A stretch of DNA of 64,000 bases from Oculina patagonica (Eukaryota): assembly GCF_052425735.1 (NCBI RefSeq), contig NC_135763.1:37386001-37450000 (forward strand), written 5' to 3'. Position 1 is the stretch's first letter. Each line of letters opens with the position of its first letter. A model generated the notes under the pieces. The model saw nothing but the letters and a program-made list of their open reading frames with translations. It was not told the DNA's origin and ran no database searches. This document shows, in pieces, positions 12,269-24,900 of this stretch. Made by a program: the position numbers and the translations under genes.

Positions 12269-13680
12269 ATGGCTTCCGTAATGGATGTCGAGATGCCCGC
12301 TCGCTATTTTTTCAGCGAAGCGTTTGATTTTTACCACGATTTTCACGGGGAATGTGAAGACTGCGGTAGAATAGTTCCAGAGTGGTCGTTGTTACAATGC
12401 CAATATGGCTTCTGTGGGAAATTTTTCTGTCAAAGCTGTGGATTTCGTTGTCGAAGATGTGGCGATCACGAAGCCCGCGCAGTTACAATTTGCTCGTCTC
12501 ACGCCAGTCTGGTTTATCCGCCTTGTGATGGATGCAAGAAACAATTCTGTGATGTCTGTTCCAAAATAAATGTAACTCAGGTATGTTTATACATGTAAAT
12601 ACGTCTATTTCATATGGTGACGTGGCGAATTATTTTTTTTTTAAAAAGATTGTACATAATTCTATAGTTTGTGTACATCGTCGTGAATAAATTTACCGGC
12701 TTTCTGGTTGTAAACAAAAGCGATGTTTGCGCGCCAAGATCGAGAACAGTTTTTTTTTTTATTTCGGATCAAATGGATAAACTCAGTAAAACACGTTTTA
12801 AAAACATTAATAATTAAAGACATCGATCGATCTTCAATTTTTTCATTTTCGCTTCGAATCAAGGTTGCCAAAATTAATTTATTATCGCGTAGAAGCTCAT
12901 CTGATTTGGTTTTAACTTCTTATTTCTACGGTAGAATTTATATACATCTATAGAACACCATACTCTAAATTTTAAAGAAATGATTGGAGATTTTTGGTGA
13001 TTACAGGTGTCACAATATGAAACAGACACCGCGGTACCGTTGTAAACAAAGCGTGTGGTGGGGGCCATTCCATTTTATATTCACCCCCCCCCCCCCCTGT
13101 TGACGACTGTTTTTGAAGGGGTTTTGAAAGTCATTTCTGAGGGGTAGCTCCGTCGGCGTTCTTTGATCTTTCAAATATTTCTGAAGGGGTTAAGGGTAAA
13201 GTTGGCTTTTTTCTGATGGGGTGAAGAAAAATCGGGTTTTTCTGAGGGGGGGATCATGTCGGCACTTTGATCTTTTCTTCTTAGGGGGTAATTTTTGACT
13301 TTCCTCGTCAACAGAGGGGTTTGGATATAAAATGGAATGGCCCTGGGAGGCCTAAGAGTGACCGGCTTTTTTACTCCTAGAAGAATACACTTTACATATT
13401 AACACTGTTTCTCTTGTTTTTGAAGTGCAAATCCTGTCTGAAGCATTTCTGTTCCAAATGCCAAGGTCAAGAAAATGGGAACATTGTCAAGAGTGGAACA
13501 TGTGACCAGTGCGACATTAAAGTACTCCGCACCCTGCAAGAGATTTGCCGCAGCAATATCAGGCACACAATCAGAGGAGCTTGTGGAACTGTTCGCATGC
13601 TACAGTCAAGGGACATTGATCAAAATGTTCAACACCTTCCAATCCCTGGTCCTGTAAAGAACTTTGTATGCTATAAATAA
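12269..13680 (+). CDS. Cys-rich (CxxC-repeat) protein with a C-terminal SOCS box, 188 aa, 2 exons
   Basis: Exon 12269-12580 (CAG|GTATGT) joins exon 13426-13680 (TTTTTGAAG|TGC) in phase 0. About ten Cys/His pairs are followed by LRTLQEICRSNIRHTI...VQHLPIPGPVKNFVCYK* (BC box plus LPxP Cul5 box). Confidence 0.85.
13062..13343. mobile_element. MITE with GGGCCATTCC termini (PIF/Harbinger-like, tentative)
   Basis: TIR GGGCCATTCCATTTTATAT / ATATAAAATGGAATGGCCC with TGG on both flanks. A related terminus lies at about 58357-58380. Confidence 0.75.
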
Positions 13681-15909
13681 GTTTGACCCTCCCCCCTCCC
13701 CCCGCCCTTTGGTTGGAAGGGAGAAAATGGAAGATTGAATTGAATCGAGAAACATTCCCAGAAGCATTATTGCTAATTTAGAAGGATAAATGTTTTAAGG
13801 TGAAAATATTTTCTGCTATACATAGATTTCTTTAATTTTTATGTATATAAAAGTGAAAGTTGTAGTTGAGAAATTTACTATTGTGTTGTATGAATTAAAC
13901 ATAAACATAAATACCGGTATTTTAACTTCAATAATTTATTGAAGATAGCTTAAAAGATGTAAGTTGCTTTAAATGTTAAACATAAATATGTAGAATTAGA
14001 GTAAAATTACCCAGTTAATTTAATATATTAATTAATTTAACGAAGACAAGATTTTTATTTATCACTGGTCCAAAGAATAGGTGGTTTACTTTTGCAAAGC
14101 GTGTTGCAATTTGGCAAGGTATGTACCGTGCAAGGAAATGCACACCTTTCTCTCTTGCTTAATCATGCTTTGCACCAATTCACAAGGTGCTTCACAAAAA
14201 TAAACCACCTGATCTGCAGGCTATACTTTTGGGGTTTTTAGTTCCTTTCCTCTGGCTGTGGAAAAGGGCCAAGCAATGTATATATTCACCAACAAACTTG
14301 AGAGGAGTTTGATGTTAGATTGTTGTAGAACAATACATGTATACAGAGAAATAATGTTCCAATAAAAATAAAGTTTGTAACTGCATCAGCTAACTGTATA
14401 TATTTACAAAACAATCATACATTTTTATCCTTATATTTTTTTTTTTTCCTCTCTTCCTAAAGTAAAACTAACAGACCACAACTCTGCACTAAACCAAATA
14501 AACAACTTACATCTGAAATGTTACTAAAACCTAGGTTTCCCATGGGAGTATCCTGTGATGCGCAAAGTGTCATCCTCAGAGACCAAGGGGCAGTTAGTGG
14601 GTTAGTAGAGGCAAGGGAAAGTCTAAAAAGGCGAAAAAAAAAAAAATCAGCAAAAAAAAATTTCAAGAACAAAAAGAGGAGCTCCTTGCCTAGACTTGCA
14701 CCAAGTCGCCCTGACTTTGAGAAAGTCTACTCCTTGCCCCATTCTTGACTTTTCTTTGCCAATTTTTTTTGCCCGATAGACTTTCCCTCACCCCAATAAT
14801 TCTCCCTGGGTCACCACACTAACAAAAGGTGTCACAATCCTTTATCCACCGTTTTTGCGCACAAGGTATTGTGGGTAAATGTACCAGCTGCCATCTGTTT
14901 TGGTATGGTGGAATATTTAAAGCACAGACCCATTTTACACTTATACCTCCCTTGGGAGATAAATCAGCTTTAACTAATAATTTGAACAAAATTAATGACA
15001 AAAAAGCAACCACAATACAATTTTATTGTGCACATTTTTAAATTATTTTTCCTTACATGGCTGTAAAATAAAGTCAATTTAAAAATTAACTAAGGTTATC
15101 ATCTTTTTACATTTGTGTATTAAAATACATTCTCTGGATAAAACTATTATCAATTTTCATTAAATCTACATTAATCTACTCTAGTTTTAAAAACTAAAAA
15201 TCGGGAAAATTTTGTTAAAATGACAGAAAATTTGTTATCAGAGTTTTCATTAACACAACTCACCCCTTGTAAAAACACCTACATTTATGTGAAGTGCATG
15301 TTACTTTCTAGGAATTATTGCCTAACACTGTCTGTAGAATGTGGTCTCTTTTCCTAACTTTTCTATGGTACAAGAAAGCAAGGAAAAAAAGAGGGGCAAG
15401 CACTACTCACGAGAATCACAAAAAATTCTTTTCATTTTTTCTAAAGATTTGTGTAAAAATTCATAATTATTAACAAGTTTTTGCTGCCAGATTGGATCTG
15501 ATTAATTAAGGGACTGCTCGAGATCTATTGAAGCTAAGAGAATGAATAAAGAAAAATTAACTTGGTCCCCCACTTCCTCACTGAACAGGACTTGTCATCG
15601 GATATAAAAATCATAGAAATGTAGAACATCTAAGTTGTTAAATTTCTCTATGGGAGAATATTGACATTTTGTATAAAAGACGTATGTTTCTCCTGACACG
15701 AAAAGGTCTTTTACTTGCATGACATGCTTATCAAGTTTGTAATTATTAAAATAAGTTAAAACAGACCAGAAATAAATCACTATTGTGACAATGAATTAAA
15801 AACTAAAGTTAAATAAAAATTTATGTGAAATTTCCTTAAAATCTTTTAAAAATTTATAGATTTATTAATTTTGTGCTAAATTTATTTGAACTACTAAAAA
15901 TTTTTATGT

Positions 15910-18900
15910 CTAGTTGGCAGCAAGGTTCTCTAGACAGTGCTCCATGTATTCATGTGTTAAGTTGTATCTTGTGATCATTCCAACAAGCTGAAAAGAAACA
16001 CAATCAAACTAATTAAAAATATAGCTCAGGGACCAGCTGAAAGGTGACACTGGCTGAAATTTCACAAAAAACAGAGACTTAGATAAACTTTTAGAGCTGC
16101 AAAGACCAGAAATCCAGTTGGGCTTGTTAATGATCCAGCTTAGTGTTTTCTTAGCTACTTCCCTGATAGCTACAATGAGTAGTTATAAGTAGACACCTGG
16201 TGTGTTCTTGTGGAAATCCACAAATTTGATTGGTTCTAAAGATGTTGTCTTCGTTGACCGTGTACACAATAGATCTCAGAAATAAAACACTTAGCTGAAA
16301 ATGGATTAGGGCTGAGAAAAAAAAGGCAGTGAGGTCCCTACCTGCCCCTTAGTGTTAACCACTATTAAATGCCGCAGGCCCATTGTCCTAAACAGGTTGA
16401 AAACCAGTGGCACAGGAGTCCAAGGGAACACCATATATGGGCATGGGTTCATATAAGGGGTTACATCCTGAAAAACAAAAACAACGATCCTATACTGTAT
16501 TCAAAATCATATATTAAATTAATTTCTATTATATGTCAAAGGACGGACACATTTTTGAGAACCAAAATCTTCCTGCATAGGAAAACAAGTAAAACAATCA
16601 ATATACACAATAAGCCATTTAGAAAAAAAGTTTTAAAAAATATTCTCAGATGTAAAAGAATGAAGCATTGCTCAGAACAAAATTGCCCAACCCCTCACCC
16701 CCTTTTTCCATAGCAAACTATATGTTTTAAGCATTTGACACAACAATAAAATAATAATTATACTTTAAATTGGACAGGTGCTTTCCCATGTTGACGTGCT
16801 GTTAAACAAATTACGCTAGCATTTATTGTTATGTACGTAGCTATTATTTTCATAAGCTACTCCTCTCAAGACATCTCAAAAAGAAGTTATAGTGCTTACC
16901 ATAATTTTTTGTTGGTCTTCAAATTCAACGTGTAGATCATGAATGTCAGGGAACCTAGGGTATTCTTCTGTCATACTTGCAAAATTAAGTTCTGGTCGAT
17001 TAGGCTTCTGAAAATTTAATGGTAGCATAAGGTTTTACAAGGAAAGCATGATCTATAATTAATTGTGAAAATTTATAAAAGATGATAACACATAATTAGT
17101 AAATAATACAAGATGGTAAATTTCAAGCTCAGTGATAAATAGTGAAGAAATTATTCAACATAACACGAGCGTGGGACAAAGAAAAAATCTGAGTCCCCAA
17201 TGGGAATCGAACCCATGGCCTCCCAGATACCGGTTGGGCGCTCTAACCAACTGAGCTACGAGAGACTCGTTGTGAGCTGGGCCATTTACTAGGTTGATAT
17301 ATGGGCCATTTACTAGGTTGGTCATTTACTAGGTTGATATATTATCTCACATAATTAGTTACAAAGAGATGATTATTGCCATGCTCATTTGGCATATACA
17401 GTTACATGTAAATCTCCATTATTGTCTCTAAACATTTCATTATCAATCCTCAAGAACAGAAAAACTTGTGAAAACAAACATGACAAACAAATCTTGGTAA
17501 AAAGGTGAAGCCTGCATCAGGCCAAAGCTTATCCTAGTTTCCAAAGCAAGAAGCAACTACCGGTAGAATGTATTTTGTTTCCCCCTGGATGAGATGCTAG
17601 ACCATTGCAAGGTTATCCTCAGCATTAAATTCGTTGGTACCCAATTATACACCTGGGTGGAGAGAGGCACTATGAGAGTAAGAGGTTTGACCAAAAACAC
17701 AACACAGTGACCCAGCCAGGCCTTGAACCGGGATTGCTCGATCTGGAGACCAGTGCAATAACCATTAGGCCATAGACATGACATAGACATGACATACAAG
17801 CCTGTGATTAAATTCACCTGTGAATTCTCTGAGTAGAAAACTCTCTTCTTGAGAAGAGTTACCAGTTGTGACCTGAGGATGATCCCATGGAATGTTAGAG
17901 CCTGGGGCTCCTGTTCCTCTGGGTCTCTTGGGAGCACAGTAGGGGCTGGCACAGCACTAGAACCTGGAACAGATGCACTGTAACGGACATCTGAAAAAGA
18001 TATATATTAAATTGTTTAATGCACCAGAATAATATTTTCAGACTCTTCTAACAGAGGTGGTTTTCATTGACTGATTGTGTTTACAGCCTAGAAATAATTT
18101 CTTTGTTAAAATGGAACAAAAAAAAAACTTCTCACAACGTCGACTTGAAAAACTGAGCTCTCTGCATATTTTATTCCTTTCAAACGAAGCAAAAACCATG
18201 GAAAATAAATACAAATTAATACAATGTTTCATATAGTATGTCAACAAACCCACATGCAAAATTTGGAGTCGTTTTCTCGATGTTCTTTTAAGTCCATTAA
18301 ATCACTTCCACCTTTTTGCACCAAACTCTTCAATTGCAACTTTCAAAAGCTGACCTGCACAGAATTATAATGTTCCCTTCATCTTACCATCATCAAGATC
18401 AACTGCCACTCTCTCTTGTTCTGAATAGTTAATAACCAATTTGGAGATCAGGGGAGCAGAGGAGGAGAACGGCAGAGAATCTTGATCACTCTCACTTTTC
18501 AGTCTTTTTCCTTTGATATTTATGCCATGACCGCCTGGATGGTGTTCAGACCCAGTCCTACTCCTATGCAGTAAACTACTCTCTGCACCACTTGTTAAGG
18601 TGCGTCGCAGCTTCTGTTCACTTGTTAAGCTGGAAAGGGTATGTGTACGAGCAAATCGCTCATTAGACGAATCAATGTTCTCCATGAAGTTATTTTCATT
18701 GGTGACTTGTTGAGTGTTTTTGTCAATAGTCACTACTGGGAATGCATTGTGCGCTGTGGTTTTGAGAATTCCTACAATGGAGTGAATTCTTGTGTGAGGA
18801 TAAATATACGACAGACAAGACTCCATGATGTCAGAGGCTTTTAATCTGTGTAAAGAAATATAAACAATGTGTTAACTTACACATAGCACTTCTAAATTAA

Positions 18901-21900
18901 TTTTGAGTCACCCAAGTGTATTGGTTGAACCAGGTGATGCAAATCAGAGGATTTAACAATCTGTGTTCAAGGCATGCTACAGTAATGTTCTCATAGTACC
19001 TATACATTTCTTGAGGTGCTGTCCATTCTAGAAGGGGAACACTCTTTAATTTGATATGAATGTCGTAAAGTCCTTCGTTAAACAAATCCCCTGACCACTT
19101 TGCCACCTGCAGGAAACCAAACAAACAAATGTATCTACTGCAATCAAAACAGGCCTTATTTCAAATGTTCATTCCACATCTGAGGGCAACAAAGTTCTAT
19201 CCACAATGGATTTTGCAATAGCTGCAACCCTCTTGTGTGCAACCCTTAAACGAGCTCACTACTGGGCAGCCCCAAGAGGCTTCATAGCATGGTAAAGCAG
19301 TGTAATGATGTAATGGCCAGATTGTGCAAGAAGAGTTAAAAATGAAATTTTTTTATCATACATGACTTGTACTGTCAAAGCAAGCTCACAGTGAGCTGAC
19401 ATTTATCTGCATGTCAGATGAGCAACACGCTACTCCCATGCATGATGATAATGTTACGGATGCGTTCACTCAATGTCATGGGTAAAGATGTTGATTGGTG
19501 CTATGTTGCACTTGCATATGGAGCAAAATGCAACGGGTGATAACTTTAATATAACAGCTGCTTTAAAACTTAATGACAGCCCTGATGAGAGCGCACAACA
19601 GCCCATATGAGTGCATCCATGCTGTTGGCATTGAAGGACAGTGTTACGAATGGATTCGGTTTGGTGAAGTAAACGTTTACCAAACTGAACGCAGGATTCT
19701 CGGTAACACAACAATTTTACTCAATTTCAGCTTTAACATGTCGCACCCTTCAACAATCAACTCAAAACACTTCTCGTCTAAAGTTCTTCTCAGAAAGTCT
19801 CTCTCACGTGACCTAAACTAAAGTCTAAAAATAAATATCCTCGTGGGAAAATATGTCACATGGACAATGTCATGAACAATGTCACGCTCAGTTTTGGAAG
19901 TTACACAATTTTTTGTAACAGACGGCAAGTTGTGACTCTCATTCTTAATAAGAAACTTACAGTATCCATAAAGTAGGTATAAAGATTGTATAAAATTAAT
20001 ACCCTTCTGGAGCAGCTTTTACTGGCTGTTGTTGATAGCTGGTCATTAATAGGGGTTTTTTGGGGGTTTTATGAGAGGTTTACATAATACATACCATGAG
20101 TGTTATCATGATTGGCAGGCCATAACTGATCTCATTGGTTGATTCTATTAGTATAACAGTCAGGCTGATTGTCATGCGCACGACTCCGCCCAGGAAAGAT
20201 GCAGCTCCTATCAGTGCAAATGTCCCATGGTAGGTGTGTTGGTATCCAAGCATTCTAAAAACACACATAATTTATTGCATTTTTATCACAGTGACTGTAA
20301 ACTTAGTAGATAGAGAGATCTAGTGAGATCTTTAAGTAAATAAATCACATGTTGCTCTTATGGAGCAAAACCAGCCTGGCCCCCTGTTTCGATGACCGTA
20401 AAGAGGGTAGGGGGTTTTTTTTTTTTTTTTTTCTGCAAAGCCTAGGGCAAAGCCCAGACTCCCTTGAGCCGAGAACGCCTCGGGACTAGGCTGGAGCAAA
20501 ACCATAACCTCCTCGCTGTATGCACATTAGAAGTTACTGTAATACTTGCAGGCAACCAATAACGTTTTCAAACCTCCAAGTGTGCTTTATTTGATGTTAC
20601 CTGCATAGTTCTCCAATAAACCGGCCATAAGCTGCACCACATAACAAACAAGGAACAAACAGGCCACTGGGAACACTGGCACCATATGTCCAACAGGCCA
20701 GGAAGTAGAAACAGATAAAAAAGATCCCCAGTGATGTCAAACTGAAGGCACCTAATGAGCAATCATAAACAGATGTAGTATACCTATTCGTCAATTCAAT
20801 ACATGTAAGAACATCTATCAAAAAGGGTAAAATCTGTCATTTAGTTAATGGACCTATACACTCCTGGATGCTGCTTATGATAAACCAATGCATTGCAATA
20901 ATGAGCTAAGTAATGGCAGTCCTGCATCCTAGACAGTTGAGGAACATTTGTATGTCAAATACTTACAGAAAGCTCAGAGAATGATCAGCAAAAAGCCCAG
21001 GCCAAAAAATATTTTAAACAGTCAGGGAAATTGTCTGATCAATAGTTGATGGTAAAAGTTAACTCTTTCTGAAAAGTCTTAATATATAGAATACATAATT
21101 CAAATGAAAGCAATTCACTGTAAAACAGAGTCCTTAACAGATTTTGAATAGATTAGTGAATATTATTTTTATTGTCGAGCACCCAAGCAAGTAAGTATTA
21201 GTACAGAAATTTACCATCAAGGTGGAAGAGCTGCCTTATTGCTGATTCTTGGGAGGTGAAGAACAATGTTGCCATGTCATTGTACTGTCCATCTTGACAA
21301 AAATAAGGTTTGGTGTTATTCCCATTTGTGCTGCCCTATGGAATAAAAATTGTTGTGTAAAAGGATGCATAACAATAGACTTTCCTTTAATAGTGAGGCT
21401 GTATTTAGGACGTTACAGAACATGTTCAAATAGACACTTTAAGCCTTACTTTTAATTTTCTTAGTGGTCACCATAAATCCTTTATTATTGATCTCCTTGT
21501 GAGCATAATTATTTTATTATCAGTGTAGAAATAATCCAGTGTGATTAGTTCCTTTCTTCTCATAACCTCAACTTTTGGTTTTGTCGGTATCAATAATATG
21601 TGGAGAAATAAGGTGTCAATCACTCAAGAATCAAATAGTAATTAGAGCTGAAAGGTTAAAGAATTACATAACACTGACAAGGATTGACAAACAGTGACAT
21701 CTTGGATCTTGGAGCTTTCCACTATAATTTCTAGTCACAAGATGAAGGTTACAGTAGCTCCCTGTAAATTTTGCAAAAAGTTGATGTTTTCGACTTACTG
21801 GAGGAAGTGTCTTACAGCGTGCAAGGTAAATTGGACCAAAGAATGCAACAGATGTGGTAAGGAAACCAACCAGAACTGCTTCAAGAATCCTATAAAAATA

Positions 21901-24900
21901 AATGCAAAGACATTTCAAGGATGTAAACAATAGACAAATCATATTAGGAAGTGGGAGGCTAGGGTGAACTAAAGGGATTTTGTGAACTGTCACTGAGAAC
22001 ACTTTACAGAGAACTGACAAAATGATGTACAGTGTACATGTTAAACTATTAATCTAACTATAACTTACAGAATTCTCTTGACTATTAGATTGGTTATGCC
22101 CGCCATTGGTGTCATCAATCACGTGCATTTGAATGGGTTTTTTCTTGCTGTTTTCCCACTTTCTGTACAACCAATTGAATTTATTTTTTCTTACAAAAAA
22201 GGTTCCCAAAGACTTCCTAACCTTGAATTTTGTTATTGGCACGATTGGACCTTGTGTTGTACTTGTGTTGTGTTGTAATGAGGGGGTAATTGTGCTAGTG
22301 ATTTCAAATTGGCCTCCCGCTGCATGCTCGGCTGATTTCTCCATGAATTGTACTCCGCTCAGTCCATTTACTATTACTAATAATAACTAGTATTGTTCTT
22401 TGAATTTAGTGGGTATATCAAGACATGCTAGCTTGTATCTCCTGGTTGATCTCTTTCTGTATTCTCACAACCTGTTACCTTGATGATGTCATGATACTGT
22501 AAGGAGAAGACAGCTGTTTACCACTTCTTGGCTTATGGAAAATACAAGTTTGATGAACTTAGCACTAACCTGACATGCTTAGCTCGCGAATAGACATGCA
22601 AGATGCGATGTACTGTAAGATGTTTGTTCAGTGCATTGAACCATGCTCCAAGAAGACCACCAACAAAGCCCATAGCAATGAAAATCAGAAGGTCTTGTAT
22701 GTTCCACAGATTACACTTCTCTGTTCCTTTGCTACACTTTAAATTAAAAAGAAAATAATAATAAAATTATAATTTTCAGCTTCATTATTGTAAGTTGTCC
22801 TATATTCAATGGTTGATTCCTAGACCAAAAACCAGACAGTGTCTTTAAAATAGCTGGTGAGATTAAATGTTAGCTGTACTAAGAAGAAATTTGTCTAAGT
22901 CCAGGTGATTTCCTCCTTGGGCTGGACTGTTTTCTGTTGGCCTCCTCTCTTACAGGGGTTTCTTGTGAAATGTTTAAAAGTAGGTGTCAACATGTATCTG
23001 GAAGAGTAGCCAGCTGTGACAGTGCTGAGCTTGTTTGTCACGAGCTGACTGCTTTGACCAGAGTAACCAGTGACATAATGATTATGATCAAGTTAGTAGC
23101 CAGTGGAACTCTTGTGGTCGCTGGCTTGTTTTCAAAATCCTGTCCTACAACCCAGTTATTACTCATCACTGTTCATAACGAGTTATAGGAGACTAGTCCC
23201 TGGTGTTTGTGGGCCTTTGCAGGTCTGAACAAAATGAAAGTTGTGTTTCACCCGAGTGAGATCATTCAAAATGCCCAATATAAAAGTATTTAACAACTGC
23301 GAGAAAAAAATCAATACGCACACTAAAGACTCCAAAGTTGAGCAAGCCAGGCTGGTTAAATGAGCCCCAGCCATATCTGAACATACCAGACAAACAAAAG
23401 TTCAGTGTGAATGTGGACGCCATGGAACAGAAGAACTGAAAACAGGGAGAAAAATGTATTAGGAGCACATTTTGTAACTGGTAAAATGTATATAACTATC
23501 CCATGCATCTAATTTTCCAATACTGTTGCTGCATGGTAAATCTTTGGCTGAATTTTTAAAATGAATCAACCTTACACTTCTCCATGTCAGTCCTTGGTTC
23601 CAAAAGGAGCTTCCTTCTTCCAAGCTAAATAACACTCCTCCAATAGGTGCCCCAAAAGCCGCTGAAAAAAGAGAAATGGTTGACAGAACAGTAATCAATG
23701 TTGATAAATTTAGTTTGTTAATGATATTATAATCGAATAATGATGACAATGATCACATTCTAAATTTTAATCTTGCAATTGCCTTTTACCTGCCACCCCG
23801 GCAGCTGCACCTCCTGACACAAAATCTCTCTTCTCTCTGAAAAAAATATAATTAAGTTTTTATTTATTTAGCTATTTGAAACAATCATTAAAAAGGTGAT
23901 TAGTTTGATATTCTATAGAGGAACTGTTGTGCTGTGTCTGTGTGCAAGTTATGATTATCGAAATGGAGGATTGTGCACATAATAAATAATTTATTATGTG
24001 CACAAGGAGGCAATTATTGTCTTATATAAAAAAACAATAATTATTATTGTTTTTTTATATAAGACAATGATTGTAAAGGTGTTCAACAACAACAACAAAA
24101 ACTTTACAAAATTACACATATTAATAATATTCTAATTAATAATAATATAAATTAAACATATTAATAATACATATTAATAATATTATTTGTTCAATTACAC
24201 ATATTATTAATATTCAGTTTGAAACCTGTCTGTTCAAAAGAAGGGATAGTCAAACATATGATTATCAGCATGAAGTTAACAAACTAAGTATCAAATCATC
24301 ATTTTTGTAGTGAATATTTCAAAAAGCTGAGTTGGAGCAAAATGGTGGATTTTACACAAATTTTTCATTAGTATTAATGAATGAGAAATAAGACAGCATG
24401 TGTAAAGGTGTTCAATACATATCATTTATATAAATAAATATATATTAATCAGTTTATTACCTGTCTGTTCGGAAATAGGGAAAGTCGAAGTTGATTTTTC
24501 TAAATGCAATACTTTGAAACTGTAGAAAGAAAAATAACATACAACCATATGTTACTGCAAGTAAATAAGATTAGAACTAACAATAACTTGAGTAGGGTCA
24601 TTTTTCATGTTCCACTGTGCACATGTCATGTTGTGTGTAAATGACAATTAGTAAAAAGGAAAAATTAATTATTAAAAACTAAATAAAACAGTGCGAAAAG
24701 AGCCTCAAAATTTCTCCTGAGTGAAAATTTCTTGATCAAAGTTTTTATGATTTATTTATTTTATTTATTATTATGATTTATTTAATAAATTTAAAATTTA
24801 TGTACTACCTGAGGCACTCCAGCTCCAATGATTGCACCGCTGTGGATCATAGGTCCTTCTTTACCAACAAACAAACCTGATGTCAAAAAAAGGAAATCCA

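Noticed and set aside
17190-17268. Functional tRNA gene (Thr-GGT)
   Set aside because: Mismatched anticodon stem, no U33, over-long acceptor region and an anticodon atypical for eukaryotes; better explained as a tRNA-derived repeat.
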